Below the pieces are notes generated by a model. The model made no database searches. It saw nothing but the letters and a program-made list of their open reading frames with translations, and was not told where the DNA came from. The position numbers and the translations under genes were made by a program. A stretch of 64,000 nt of DNA from Candidatus Thorarchaeota archaeon. GTDB taxonomy: Archaea; Asgardarchaeota; Thorarchaeia; Thorarchaeales; Thorarchaeaceae. This document shows, piece after piece, positions 47,214 to 57,674 of this stretch; positions within the stretch are counted from its first letter, which is position 1; every line of letters starts with the position of its first letter. The DNA is taken from contig PRDI01000049.1 in the NCBI GenBank assembly GCA_003345595.1, positions 26,294 to 90,293 of the forward strand, in the 5' to 3' direction.

Positions 47214-48716
47214 TCAATCGACAGGCGATGGCTCGGATAGGTCGTCCTCAGGCAGCTTCCAAGGCGAGGTATCACCAGTCAGAGCAGAGTACGCTGCTCT
47301 CGCCTTCGCCCGTGCTCTATCTGCCATCTCCTTGGTTATGAATCCACGTTGGACTCCTCTCTTCAGCAGATGTTGGTCGATTACACGCGTTTCTCCGTTC
47401 GCCGGGCTAACCACGTCAATTTCAAGATCCACGTATCGAATCCTGCTGGGACCGTTCTGAGTGTTTGGATAGACCTCGACGCCTGTATTCACATTCACGT
47501 ATGTCCCTTTGAGCTGCTTGTTCCGAGAGAAATACTCCGTGACAAGGGTTTCCGAACCCGGAACGACATGTGTTATTGCATAGTCTCCTTCATCGGGCGG
47601 TGTTTCGATATCATCGGGATATTCAGGAGCAAGCTTGAGCTTTCTGTTGGTGTACCTGAACTGCCTGCGGATGACAAGTTCTCCTTGGTTGACGCTTATG
47701 ACTCGGCCCCTAGAGAGAATTATGTTCCTGCCGTCCAGCTTCACATGCTCAATGTTGATTTGGTCTTCGACCTTGGGCATGTCCCGATTGAACACTTTTT
47801 CCAGCTTCGATGTGACATAGGCTCTCTCGTCTGGCCGCTCTTCTATAATCATCTCTGCAAGATCGACCAACGCCGCGTAGCCGGCGCTCTTGTAGAAGTG
47901 GTGGAGTTTCACTGTTGGCCTTATCTTCGCCCGAGTATTATCAAGCGTTTCTTTGACCTCTGCAGGAAATTCGATGTCAGCATTGCTGGTGCCCTCAAAC
48001 AAGAGCTCGGGTTTGTCAGTTTCAGCGAACTTCGAATAGACTTGATGTGCTGTGTCCAAAAGGTCATCAACTTCATCTCTCAGTTCGTCATCGGTGAGCT
48101 TCTCAGCCGAGGTTCTCCACAGAATACCCCAGTTCTCCGAATTCTCGCGGATTTTTCTCCCCAATTCCACCAGACGATTGCGCTCATCACTCATTTTGAT
48201 CTTAGTACTGAGCCTGACAACGGCTTCAGGGAGAAGTACTGCGGCTTTTCCGGGGATTGTTATACTTGATGAGAGGACTGGGGCCTTTCTACCATAGTCA
48301 TGTGCTCTGACCTGAATTATGATCGCACTCCCTTGCTTGAGCCCCCTGTCAGGCAGAAGCCCCGATACTCCTCCCAAGTCGACTCTTGTTTGTCCTGTCT
48401 TCTCGTCTGCGCCCAAAATCAATCCTCTGTACACAGAACTCTTTGCCACTCTCGGTGTACGTGTTATGACTCCGCCCAAGCGTTTCCGCAGGACATCAGT
48501 CAATCGCATGAGGACCGACTCATAGGCGATTGCCACGATGCCCTGCAAATCGCTTCGGTCCCAGATGTCCATGTCTGGAATCTCACTCTTGAAGGGCAGG
48601 CCAAACCTCCTTGCCACCTCCGGAGTAGGCTGTACCACCTCAAAGTGGTTCTGCAACAGTATCTGAGTCAAGGACTGGGAATAGATGCCCCTTATTCTTG
48701 CTTTGTACATAGACAA
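47214..48716 (-). CDS. FAU-1 / RNase E-like RNA-binding protein
   Basis: N-terminus M..RIRGIYSQSLTQILLQNHFEVVQP is characteristic of archaeal FAU-1. About 500 aa. Confidence 0.6.
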   Translation of the reverse strand: MSMYKARIRGIYSQSLTQILLQNHFEVVQPTPEVARRFGLPFKSEIPDMDIWDRSDLQGIVAIAYESVLMRLTDVLRKRLGGVITRTPRVAKSSVYRGLILGADEKTGQTRVDLGGVSGLLPDRGLKQGSAIIIQVRAHDYGRKAPVLSSSITIPGKAAVLLPEAVVRLSTKIKMSDERNRLVELGRKIRENSENWGILWRTSAEKLTDDELRDEVDDLLDTAHQVYSKFAETDKPELLFEGTSNADIEFPAEVKETLDNTRAKIRPTVKLHHFYKSAGYAALVDLAEMIIEERPDERAYVTSKLEKVFNRDMPKVEDQINIEHVKLDGRNIILSRGRVISVNQGELVIRRQFRYTNRKLKLAPEYPDDIETPPDEGDYAITHVVPGSETLVTEYFSRNKQLKGTYVNVNTGVEVYPNTQNGPSRIRYVDLEIDVVSPANGETRVIDQHLLKRGVQRGFITKEMADRARAKARAAYSALTGDTSPWKLPEDDLSEPSPVD

Positions 48717-48800
48717 ACACTGTCCCGGACCTTAGGCGTCAGAACCCCATTCGTAGGGCCAAGGGACGGGAGCGTTTCTTGTCCATACTCCTTGTGATAG

Positions 48801-49094
48801 TTAGTCATGTATCGGCTCAAGGAGGCTAGAAACATGCCATATCTTTGTCCTTGCATGATTCGGGCAATTCGGGTCTTGACTCGGCTCATCAAGAATCGAT
48901 ATTGCATTCTGTGCTCTAACAGCTGGAGAGTCTGCGCTCCGATCAAGGACAGCTATGGCTTCGTTAGCTGCACGGCGTATGTTCCGAGGGACCGAAGAAT
49001 CCTCAGATATCTGTTTAAGTAAACGTTTCGACTGTTCTATGTTCTTCTGTGCTTCGGGATCCAACTGGCTCACCTCTGAATAGTCTTGGCGCAC
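48801..49094 (-). CDS. UPF0147 family protein
   Basis: DSSVPRNIRRAANEAIAVL...DPNCPNHARTKIWHVSSLLE matches the UPF0147 conserved block. Confidence 0.55.
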   Translation of the reverse strand: MRQDYSEVSQLDPEAQKNIEQSKRLLKQISEDSSVPRNIRRAANEAIAVLDRSADSPAVRAQNAISILDEPSQDPNCPNHARTKIWHVSSLLEPIHD

Positions 49095-49304
49095 GAATGG
49101 AGTGCGAACAACCGAAGCTTCTGACTTGGCTCAGACATATCAACATTGCGGCATGGATTTCTTGTTCGGATATGCTGAATATCGCACAAGACGGCAACAG
49201 ATATTCGACTTTTGAGTCTCGCAGCGGTATACCTAATAACTACACATTGCGAAGTACTGAATGTGTCCAAGTTGGCAGACAAGACTGATGCTCCAATCAA
49301 GAAG

Positions 49305-49640
49305 ATGGCCGAGCTGTTGCGCCATGGTGCCACAATGTTGGCACAAGCTTGCCCACAATGCGGCGCTCCTCTATTCAAGGTGGGTAATGACATATACTGC
49401 GCGTCTTGCGACCGGCGGATTGTCGTTGCACACACTGAAAAGGAAGTGGAATCTCACACAGTGCGGGCCGTAATCCCACAGCTGAGGGAAACCCTTGTCA
49501 AGAAGCTGACGGGTCTCAATGAGTTGGTGGAATCTGAGAATGACGTTGAGGCCCTGACGAAACTGGCGAATCTAATGGTGCTGTTATTGCAAGCATTGCA
49601 CGGACTGAACGGCATGACTACTGACGAAAACGCACAATGA
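49305..49640 (+). CDS. Zn-ribbon protein, UPF0148/COG1645-like
   Basis: MAELLRHGATMLAQACPQCGAPLFKVGNDIYCASCDRR. Confidence 0.5.
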   Translation: MAELLRHGATMLAQACPQCGAPLFKVGNDIYCASCDRRIVVAHTEKEVESHTVRAVIPQLRETLVKKLTGLNELVESENDVEALTKLANLMVLLLQALHGLNGMTTDENAQ

Positions 49641-49673
49641 GCATGCAGATTGTGTCAGGGAGCAAGTGCGTGC

Positions 49674-50351
49674 CTACTCTTCTTCCTCTTTGAGTGTCTC
49701 TGTCTTTGTTCCGCGGCGGAGTCGTGCTCTCCGAGATTTGACCTCTTCCGGTCCCTTCATCACCTTACTCTTTCGTATCTCACATTGTCGGACCGGTACG
49801 ATCTTCTTGACTTCCTGATTGACTTCGGACGCCAGTTCTCCGAAAACGACCTTCTGAACTAGCTCATCAAAGGTATGCTTCTTTGCGTGATCAAGAATGA
49901 CCTTCTCAATAGCCTTACGCACAGAGTGTTCTTGGCTGGTCTTGGACCGTGTCGTTGTGAAAACAATCACAGAGATTCGCATCATGAAGTCGTCCTTTGT
50001 CAATATCGGACCAATCCAGTCAATTCTGGACGTGCCCCTTCTCACAAGTCCCCGCAGATAGTCTGAGCTCCACTCATGACCATGGAATATAGTGTTGGCC
50101 TGCTGTCCCACAACCCCCGTTATCTTGAACCGCAGTTTCACGTGGATGAGATCGAAGTTGCCAGTCAAGTCATAGAGCGTTGGCTCAATAGTGCGACCGA
50201 TCAGAGCGTCGGGAGATTCCGCAGGCGTGATGCCAATCTCTTTGCTTCCGAAGTAGTCTGGAGTAACTACCTGATACCAGACTTTCTCCCGCCACTTGTC
50301 TCTTGTCTTGACGGCAGCAGCAGCGGCGGCTTGTTTTGTCTTTGAGGACAT
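49674..50351 (-). CDS. rps3ae: ribosomal protein eS1 (S3Ae)
   Basis: TRDKWREKVWYQVVTPDYFG... Confidence 0.9.
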   Translation of the reverse strand: MSSKTKQAAAAAAVKTRDKWREKVWYQVVTPDYFGSKEIGITPAESPDALIGRTIEPTLYDLTGNFDLIHVKLRFKITGVVGQQANTIFHGHEWSSDYLRGLVRRGTSRIDWIGPILTKDDFMMRISVIVFTTTRSKTSQEHSVRKAIEKVILDHAKKHTFDELVQKVVFGELASEVNQEVKKIVPVRQCEIRKSKVMKGPEEVKSRRARLRRGTKTETLKEEEE

Positions 50352-50541
50352 CTCAGCGTCACACTCGTGTTACAGATACTGTAAGACACCCTAGAGAATC
50401 TCGACTACTCCCGTGGTCAGACCGTGGGGTCTGGGCGACATCAGACAAGTCTAATAAAAAGGTTGTGACATGGCTGGTCGTGCCAGTCCCTTCGCAGTGG
50501 TTACGGTCATACACTTCTCAGCAAACTAGATATGTCCTTGA

Positions 50542-50739
50542 ATGATGGCTCACCTAGGGACATCATTCATGACAGAAATAACATGCCCGCGTTGTGGATT
50601 CAAGGATGTCGCATTGGTAAAGAAGGAGGTCCTGAGGGGAGGGAAGATAAACAGAAGGAAGTGGCACTGCCCCCGATGCAGTCATGACTGGGACACGGTC
50701 ACAGACTCAAGTGGTAATCCCGTAACTGAAAAGGGCTAG
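50542..50739 (+). CDS. small Zn-ribbon protein (two CxxC pairs)
   Basis: CPRCG...CPRCSH. Confidence 0.4.
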   Translation: MMAHLGTSFMTEITCPRCGFKDVALVKKEVLRGGKINRRKWHCPRCSHDWDTVTDSSGNPVTEKG

Positions 50740-50883
50740 CGAAGACTCTGATAGAACCCCGCTCCGTGGGCCTTGCGGCTTTCCTGTGACCGACCGCTGG
50801 ATGATATACACTTCGCGGAGCCTCGCTGTTCCTGCAATCCTGCAAAACCATTATATCGCCGACAGCTGCTACAATTCGACTGC

Positions 50884-51005
50884 GCGGAGGTTGCCAAGCC
50901 AGGCCAACGGCGCAGGGCTTAGGATCCTGTCACGTAGGTGTACCCGGGCTGCTTCTTTGTCAACCTGAGACCGAATCGCGAGTTCAAATCTCGCCCTCCG
51001 CACCA
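50884..51005 (+). tRNA. tRNA-Leu (anticodon UAG), type II, with a ~33-nt non-canonical intron at the variable-arm/T-stem junction
   Basis: Acceptor GCGGAGG/CCUCCGC plus A and CCA. D-arm GCCAAGCCAGGCCAACGGCG. Anticodon arm CAGGG-CUUAGGA-UCCUG. T-arm GCGAG-UUCAAAU-CUCGC. 48 nt lie between the anticodon stem and T-stem, against about 15 expected. Confidence 0.55.
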
Positions 51006-51058
51006 ACATCACCAAGGCACTACCGACTAGGAACGGGGACCTGCCGAAGTCAATCACT

Positions 51059-51069
51059 AACGTTATATT
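51059..51069 (+). promoter_or_regulatory. archaeal TATA box (CGTTATATTCC) about 30 bp upstream of tRNA-Ser
   Basis: Spacing and sequence fit the archaeal box A. Confidence 0.4.
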
Positions 51070-51094
51070 CCTCCAGCAAGGACTCGCTCACGAA

Positions 51095-51193
51095 GCCGGG
51101 GTGTCCCAGCGGTAAGGAGACGGTCTCGAAATCAACACACGAGTGAACCGTTGCCCTAGTGGCTCGTGGGTTCGAATCCCATCCCCGGCGCCA
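51095..51193 (+). tRNA. tRNA-Ser (anticodon CGA), type II, with a 15-nt canonical (37/38) intron
   Basis: Acceptor GCCGGGG/CCCCGGC plus G and CCA. Anticodon stem ACGGU/ACCGU with loop CUCGAA|AUCAACACACGAGUG|A. Variable arm UGCCCUAGUGGCUC. T-arm GUGGG-UUCGAAU-CCCAU. TATA TTATATTC sits about 30 bp upstream. Confidence 0.6.
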
Positions 51194-51376
51194 CTCGAAC
51201 AGGTCCCGGTCCTGTCTGGCCGGTTTCTCTTAGACTGGAACACAGACGTAATCGCTCGGTACCAATCATCACTCGGTTGTTCGCATGATTCTGCAGTGAA
51301 GAGCGAGTGTCAGAGAGAGCCCCAACTTGTGGCCTGTCTCGAAACTATTAAGACGGAGAAATGATGGAGTCGACAT

Positions 51377-51922
51377 ATGGTCGAGAGAGTACTCCTTTGC
51401 TATGGCACGCGCTATGGCACAACTGCAGAAGCAGCCCAAGAGATGAGCAAGGCAATCCAGGAACTTGGAATCAGAGTGGATTTAGTCAATCTCAAGAAGG
51501 GACCACCGTCGGACCCCCTTCACGAATATGATTTAGTCATCGTAGGGAGCGGTATTCAAGCCGGCCGCTGGACAAAGGAGCCACTCAATTTCATCTCTCA
51601 CAACGCAGACGCTTTAGCTAAGATCAAGGTGGCTCTGTTCGTCGTATGCGGGTCTGCTGGCTCACCTGATGCGTGTCAGGAGGCTCAGACTGAGTACCTT
51701 GATAAAATCGCCGCGTCTTATCCGTCGCTGAACGTCATTTCAACAGGACTCTTTGGCGGGGTCTTTGATTTCAAGAAGTATAACTTTGCTCTGCGGACTC
51801 TGGTACGGAGTATTGTGAAGAAACAGATGCAGGGCAACGAGGTCCCAGAAGTAGTCGACTTCCGCGATCTGGGCAAGGTGCGCGCATGGGCCGCAGGTTT
51901 GGTCAGAGATGCTAATTCTTGA
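51377..51922 (+). CDS. flavodoxin-like protein
   Basis: VLLCYGTRYGTTAEAA...DLVIVGSGIQ is a flavodoxin FMN-binding pattern. Confidence 0.6.
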   Translation: MVERVLLCYGTRYGTTAEAAQEMSKAIQELGIRVDLVNLKKGPPSDPLHEYDLVIVGSGIQAGRWTKEPLNFISHNADALAKIKVALFVVCGSAGSPDACQEAQTEYLDKIAASYPSLNVISTGLFGGVFDFKKYNFALRTLVRSIVKKQMQGNEVPEVVDFRDLGKVRAWAAGLVRDANS

Positions 51923-51994
51923 ACTGAATCTCCGGAATGCAGGCCGTGTCAAAGTGACTCCGGAATCATCGAGATCGTAGGAAAGCAATAGGAG

Positions 51995-53416
51995 TCAGTG
52001 CAGTCCGCTCTCATCAAGAGCCCTCTTCATCACATCCCTAGAAATCTGAGCCAGCTTGTCCAAGGAATCTTGGGTCCGTGCACCTATGTAGACACGGGCT
52101 TTTGGTTCAGTCCCAGAGGTCCTCACTAATACATATGAGCCGTCACTGCACTCGATCCTTATTCCATCGATGTCAAGTACCCTCTGAACGTTGTTGATTC
52201 TCGACAATAACATCTCTCTCACATTTGCCATGAATTGGGGTTTGATTGCGTCTGGACAAGCTACTTGGTCACGCAGCACGGGATACTCAGGTATTGAGGA
52301 CATTAGCCGTATGCAGCTGCCATTGCCGGCATCGAATGTCATCTGTGCGAGTCGCCCGGCGCCTGCGATGCCATCCATCCAACCACCCAAGTCAGTGAAT
52401 ATGGGCTTCCAAGGCTCAGAAGCAAAGACGATCTCTCTTCGACTGTCCGATGACAGCCTCTCCTGCAGTGAGCCGAGCGGAACCCTCACGACGTGTCCAC
52501 CTGCAGCCTCAACAACTTCATCTATGACGCTCGATGTGTCGATGGAGGTGACAACCAGTCCCTCGCCCCTCCTCTGCACCTCGTCTCTTGCGAAGAGAGC
52601 TATGATTCTGTTCTGGTCAACGAAGCGTCCTTTCTCGTCAATGACCGCAAGTCGGTCTCCATCACCATCGTGACATAGAGTCACAGCAGCCTCCGACTTG
52701 GCGCTGACCCTCATAGTGTCAGCTAGATTGCTTGGTGACGGTTCCGGCAGTCTCCCGGGGAAGTGACCATCGTGATGCGAGTTCATCGTTGTCACCAGGA
52801 AACCAAGTCTCCCAAGAAGAGTAGGAGTGTATTCCGTGGCCGCACCATTTGCAGAGTCAATCAGAACTCTCATCCCGTCTGCGGTCTGGCTCCTGCTCAG
52901 GAGGAAACGCCTGACTCGTTCAAGATAGGTGGACCTGATGTCTGCTCGTGCTACTTTCCCGACATCCCTCCAGCTGGCAACACGGAATGTTCTGGCGAAA
53001 ACGTGCTTCTCCAGAGCCGCCTCTTCTGACTTGACCATCTCACGCCCGCCTACGAAGAATTTGAACCCGTTGTCTGTTGGCGGATTGTGGCTTGCAGTGA
53101 CTATTACAGAGGCAGACAGCCCACTGACTATACTCTGAGATGCGACGGCTGGCATTGGTGCAATCGAGATATCCAATGCGTTCACGCCTGTTGACACGAG
53201 TCCCGCAAGGAAGGCGTTCTTCAAGGCCACTCTCGATGTCCTAGCGTCCGTGCCAACCGCCACGGTACTGCCGCCGCTGAGGTAAGTTCCGAGAGCACGC
53301 CCAAGATCAAGCGCTAGATCCACAGTGACCTTGTCACTAATACCGCCACGGATTCCACTAGTCCCAAACAGCTTCTGCGCCAATGTCGGCTCCTCCTCAG
53401 CCCTGCGGTAGTGCAA
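51995..53416 (-). CDS. phosphoglucosamine mutase / phosphomannomutase (alpha-D-phosphohexomutase)
   Basis: Active-site Ser loop TASHNPPTDNGFKF, metal-binding DGDGDR, and a sugar-binding loop. Confidence 0.85.
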   Translation of the reverse strand: MHYRRAEEEPTLAQKLFGTSGIRGGISDKVTVDLALDLGRALGTYLSGGSTVAVGTDARTSRVALKNAFLAGLVSTGVNALDISIAPMPAVASQSIVSGLSASVIVTASHNPPTDNGFKFFVGGREMVKSEEAALEKHVFARTFRVASWRDVGKVARADIRSTYLERVRRFLLSRSQTADGMRVLIDSANGAATEYTPTLLGRLGFLVTTMNSHHDGHFPGRLPEPSPSNLADTMRVSAKSEAAVTLCHDGDGDRLAVIDEKGRFVDQNRIIALFARDEVQRRGEGLVVTSIDTSSVIDEVVEAAGGHVVRVPLGSLQERLSSDSRREIVFASEPWKPIFTDLGGWMDGIAGAGRLAQMTFDAGNGSCIRLMSSIPEYPVLRDQVACPDAIKPQFMANVREMLLSRINNVQRVLDIDGIRIECSDGSYVLVRTSGTEPKARVYIGARTQDSLDKLAQISRDVMKRALDESGLH

Positions 53417-54377
53417 GATCTGCTATGTCCTTTGCAGTTTCGCCAATTCTCAACAGACTATCCACCACATACAGATGAGTCTGGGGCTCCTTATTTCGGC
53501 TCCCAATTATGTCCTGTCTTAGAGATGACGTGTCTGTGATCAGCTTTGCCTCTGCCGCGATAACCCATGCAACCTTGTCAGGATCGAATCTGAACAGGTT
53601 CGCTACAGCCGTCGAGAGCATCTCCTTGACTACTGATGCAATGGGTGCGATCTTTTCAGTGAGCGTTGCATCGAGAGATTCATCTGCCCGAGATGCAATG
53701 TCAACTGCTAGGTCTGCGATTCTTTCAATATACTGAGCAGCCAGTCGGAAGTCGAGTGCCTCCACAGGCGGGATGCTCATCTTTTCGGACATACTTGGAT
53801 ACTGTATGGCCGATCTCAGTTCGCGAACAATCAGAAAGAAGAGCCGATCCACTTCCTCATCACGCTGGACCACGTCATCTGCTAGGTCTCTCAGTCCAGC
53901 AAAGTATGCATCAAGTGCATCACTGAGCATTCTGGACGCCACCAAGTTCATCCTTCGCATCGCCTTACGGACCGGGAGCGTGAAAGGGTCCACAAGGCAT
54001 TGAATGACAACCTGGCTGTCGTCTTCGTCGGTGACTTCCAGTCCGACAAAACGCTTGATGACTCGTCGCAGGTCATCTCTCTGAGCGTTTGTGATGGGCT
54101 TGTCGCTTGTCACCCGAATCTCGTCGAATCCCAGCAAGTAGGTACTGGTTATGGACCAACGCAGGTTCTGAGCTATGTCAATCGATGTGGATTTGGTTTC
54201 TCCAGCTCTTGGGAATCTGGGATCTATGATGAGGCAGCCATCTTCACGTTCAGCAACAACAACCGGGTCCCCTTTTCCGAGCTTGTGTCGAAGTATCCAT
54301 TCCTTCGGCAATATGATTAGAAAAGAGCTGCCCTCTTTGCCTCCAGTCTGCTGCAGCTTTCTGACATCATATGGCAT
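53397..54377 (-). CDS. AbrB/SpoVT-PhoU domain regulator (phosphate uptake regulator-like)
   Basis: N-terminus MPYDVRKLQQTGGKEGSSFLIILPKEW is an AbrB-like swapped hairpin, followed by two PhoU-like helical repeats. Start taken at the internal Met. Confidence 0.6.
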   Translation of the reverse strand: MPYDVRKLQQTGGKEGSSFLIILPKEWILRHKLGKGDPVVVAEREDGCLIIDPRFPRAGETKSTSIDIAQNLRWSITSTYLLGFDEIRVTSDKPITNAQRDDLRRVIKRFVGLEVTDEDDSQVVIQCLVDPFTLPVRKAMRRMNLVASRMLSDALDAYFAGLRDLADDVVQRDEEVDRLFFLIVRELRSAIQYPSMSEKMSIPPVEALDFRLAAQYIERIADLAVDIASRADESLDATLTEKIAPIASVVKEMLSTAVANLFRFDPDKVAWVIAAEAKLITDTSSLRQDIIGSRNKEPQTHLYVVDSLLRIGETAKDIADLALPQG

Positions 54378-54535
54378 TGTTCTTGTCCCAACCAGACTCG
54401 ATAATCCTAGGCAAAGTGAGGGTCTTGGCCTTATTACACTTCCCGCAGCGCCACACTGCAACGTGACAGTCGATGTGGTATTTGTCATCTTGGAATGTTT
54501 AAAACGAGTCCGAACTCTGTTCATTTGGTGGTGAA

Positions 54536-56191
54536 GTGACCTCAACAGTCCGGCGTTCGATTCTGGAAAGGCTCATCAGGGCAGGACTTCAGGTCACACC
54601 AGATGCACTAGGCTATCTTCTGAGTGCGGATTCACCGCTTGAGCTTGCAGACTCCATAATACAAAGCATGGATTCGGCCAGCAGTCCAGTTGTGCTGACT
54701 CGTGAATATGTACAATCCTGCATCGATAGGACCGCACCAGAGGTCATCGACGATCAAGCCCCCTTGGTTCTCATGTCGGGGCCAGACTCGGGTCCATCGG
54801 CCGCAGCAGACGCCGCTGCGCCGCCTGCACCAGACACGGACAGCGTACATTCAATTCAGGTGTTGAAGAATCCAGCCGCTTCAATGGTGGGGTCTGCTGG
54901 CACAGTAGATGACTTTCTTGCTCTTTTCACAGACAGGTTTCGACGCATAAAGAGGATGTACATGGGCCGGGTAGACACTCACGACGCCGTGTCAATCGAA
55001 GTGCTGAAGCAGAAGAAAATCAGCCCACGTCGCAGGAGAAAGCCAGACGATGTAGGCGAGTTCTCCGAGCCAGTTCCTAGCTACACTGTAATTGGCATGG
55101 TCAGAGACAAGAGGGTTTCGCGCCAGGGTAACGTGACCATTGATTTTGAGGACTTCGAAGGGTCTATTACATGTGTTATTCCGGGGTCGAGAGAAGGACC
55201 GGATGGTCGAAAGCTCTTGGAGAGCGGCAACTCCATACTCCTAGACGAGGTCATATGCGTTTCAGGTCGTATGGACCAGCCCGGCCGGATGATTGCCGAC
55301 AGGGTGACCTTTCCGGACGTCCCAATACCGCGTGACATTGGTCGTGCCAAACGGGACGTCTATGCCGTATTCATCTCAGACTTGCACTGTGGTAGCTATC
55401 ATTTTCTAGAAGACGAGTTCGATAGGTTCATCAGCTGGATTAGTGGGCACGACCTGGACAGTACTGAGCGCAGTATGGTCGACCAGATCGAGTATCTGTT
55501 TATTGCGGGAGATCTGTGTGATGGTGTCGGCGTCTATCCCGGTCAGCAGGATGACCTCCGCATACCGGACATCGCCGAGCAGTATGCATATGTTGCACGC
55601 AAGCTGCGTAATGTACCAGAACACGTGAAGATAGTCTGCATACCCGGCAATCACGATGCGTGTAGGCAGGCATTGCCTAGGCCCCCTATTCCCAACGAGT
55701 TTGCCAAACCGCTGTACGACCTTGGCGAAAGGTTACTGATGATGGGCGACCCGTGTCATCTTCGTGTGGAAGGTGTCAACATTCTGATTACACATGGGGA
55801 TTCTTTGGATGACCTGACAACGCAATTGCCCGGTGTGACCTACGAGAAACCGGATCTGGCAATGAAGGCTCTCTTGCAGAAAAGACATCTTGCTCCAGTC
55901 TATGGTGGCAAGACAGAGCTGGCACCATTGACTCGTGACTGGATGGTTGTCGACACGCCTCCAGACATAGTACATTTTGGTCACGCACATCATAACGTGT
56001 GTGACAACTACCGGCAAGTGCAAATCATTAATTCGGGCTGCTTCCAGAGGCAGACGGAGTTCATGAAGAAGCAAGGCATCAAGCCAACACCAGGTATAGT
56101 GACACTACTTAACCTCAGAACCTTTTCCCCTGAGATCAAGCTCTTCTACAGCTTTGAGGATCAGTCGGCTGGTGACACACGTATCTCATGA
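54536..56191 (+). CDS. polB: DNA polymerase II (PolD) small subunit DP1
   Basis: Calcineurin-like phosphoesterase motifs VFISDLHCGS, IAGDLCDG, PGNHDA, ITHGD and GHAHH, plus an N-terminal DP1 region and OB fold. Confidence 0.85.
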   Translation: MTSTVRRSILERLIRAGLQVTPDALGYLLSADSPLELADSIIQSMDSASSPVVLTREYVQSCIDRTAPEVIDDQAPLVLMSGPDSGPSAAADAAAPPAPDTDSVHSIQVLKNPAASMVGSAGTVDDFLALFTDRFRRIKRMYMGRVDTHDAVSIEVLKQKKISPRRRRKPDDVGEFSEPVPSYTVIGMVRDKRVSRQGNVTIDFEDFEGSITCVIPGSREGPDGRKLLESGNSILLDEVICVSGRMDQPGRMIADRVTFPDVPIPRDIGRAKRDVYAVFISDLHCGSYHFLEDEFDRFISWISGHDLDSTERSMVDQIEYLFIAGDLCDGVGVYPGQQDDLRIPDIAEQYAYVARKLRNVPEHVKIVCIPGNHDACRQALPRPPIPNEFAKPLYDLGERLLMMGDPCHLRVEGVNILITHGDSLDDLTTQLPGVTYEKPDLAMKALLQKRHLAPVYGGKTELAPLTRDWMVVDTPPDIVHFGHAHHNVCDNYRQVQIINSGCFQRQTEFMKKQGIKPTPGIVTLLNLRTFSPEIKLFYSFEDQSAGDTRIS

Positions 56192-56402
56192 GCGTATTTG
56201 GCAGCTGTTCAGTAGTTGGGGGACTTGGATTTGAACCGAAATGGCTGCTGGCTCTCTCGATTTCCAAAGTTGGCCGGACACAGGCAGTTCTCAAGAAGCA
56301 CAGACCCGGTGCTCATTCCATGAAGACAGAGATTATTGTGTCAGTTTCTGCCCAACTAATGGCAAGCGGTGCACAGAGGAGTATCATTAGAAACTCTTGG
56401 CT

Positions 56403-57674
56403 CTACTCCGACAATGCTCCCTGTGATTGCCCAAGCAATTCTCCTGCTATCTTGCTCAGTCGCGGGTCGGAGTCTACGATACTTCCGATGTGTTTCTTGC
56501 CGACCGCCAGTCTTATCTTCTTGGTGCGACCATAGCGCCCCTTCGAAACCACGGTTGTGTTGATGAGCCCGAGCATATCCAGCTCACTTATGAGATCGCT
56601 AACCCTCCGTTGGGTGAGAGTGTCTAGAGAAAGCGCCTTTGCGATCTCGGAGTAGACGTTGAAACACTCTCCTGTGAATATGTCTCGCTGGCCTCTGTCC
56701 GCCAGTACGTATACTGCGAACAGAAGGGCCTTCGACTGCATCGGCAGGGTCTTTATTGCTTCGGTGATCGTATCCCGCTCGATAATCTTCTGAGCTTCAC
56801 GGACATGCTCTTGAGTGACCTTGTCATCTCCTCTACGTTCTGCAAGTTCTCCAGCAGTTCTCAGGAGATCTAGTGCTCTTCGTGCATCCCCGTGCTCCTG
56901 TGCAGCCAAAGCCCCCACTAGATTTATGACTCCTTCATCCTCGATGGCTCCGTCGTTGAAAGCTATTTGCACTCTCTGTTGCAGAATCCCTTTCAATTCG
57001 ACCGCATTGTATGGCGGGAATATGACTTCCTCTTCTCCCAGCGTGCTGAGGACACGTGGATCCAGCATCTCCTTGAACTTGAGGTCGTTGCTTATGCCAA
57101 TTATAGATATCTTGCTGTTCTCCAATTCACTATTCATCCGCGTGAGACCGTAGAGAATGTCATTACCTTGGGTGACATCGCGTTTCAGTAGACTGTCGAC
57201 CTCATCGAGGACAACGGTCAGTATGTTGGACTCTGAATCGAGCTTCCTCTTCAACAGGTCCCTGATTTCATCGGTAGGCAGGCCTGTGAATGGAACTTCC
57301 GAACCGTCAGGCATCGTTGCATCAATCTGGTCACAGAGGCGTTTCAGCACACGATAGTTGGTTCCGACAATCCGACAGTTCACATACGGTGTGAGCGGTG
57401 ATCTAATGCCACTCTGCTCTGCCTTCTCCACAAGCAGCGATAGGACGTATCGGGCAACGACAGTCTTTCCAGTACCCGTTTTTCCATAGCACAGTATATT
57501 TGATGGTGGTGCTCCCCGTAATGCCGGTCCGAGAATGGAACCTATCCTTCTCATTTGCTCGTCACGATAGGGAATCTTGTCAGGGACATAAGTTGGTCTC
57601 AGAGCACTCCTCTTCCTAAAGATGCCCTGACCCTGCAGGAACTTGTCAAACAGCTTGTCCAAAGGTTTCTCCAA
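56403..57674 (-). CDS. cdc6: Orc1/Cdc6 replication initiator, paralog 2
   Basis: Walker A ILCYGKTGTGKTVVARYV. Walker B LTVVLDEVD. C-terminal wH domain. Confidence 0.9.
   Translation of the reverse strand: MEKPLDKLFDKFLQGQGIFRKRSALRPTYVPDKIPYRDEQMRRIGSILGPALRGAPPSNILCYGKTGTGKTVVARYVLSLLVEKAEQSGIRSPLTPYVNCRIVGTNYRVLKRLCDQIDATMPDGSEVPFTGLPTDEIRDLLKRKLDSESNILTVVLDEVDSLLKRDVTQGNDILYGLTRMNSELENSKISIIGISNDLKFKEMLDPRVLSTLGEEEVIFPPYNAVELKGILQQRVQIAFNDGAIEDEGVINLVGALAAQEHGDARRALDLLRTAGELAERRGDDKVTQEHVREAQKIIERDTITEAIKTLPMQSKALLFAVYVLADRGQRDIFTGECFNVYSEIAKALSLDTLTQRRVSDLISELDMLGLINTTVVSKGRYGRTKKIRLAVGKKHIGSIVDSDPRLSKIAGELLGQSQGALSE

Noticed and set aside
50869-51057. 62-aa minus-strand ORF
   Set aside because: Exactly overlaps the tRNA-Leu gene. 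Antisense artefact.
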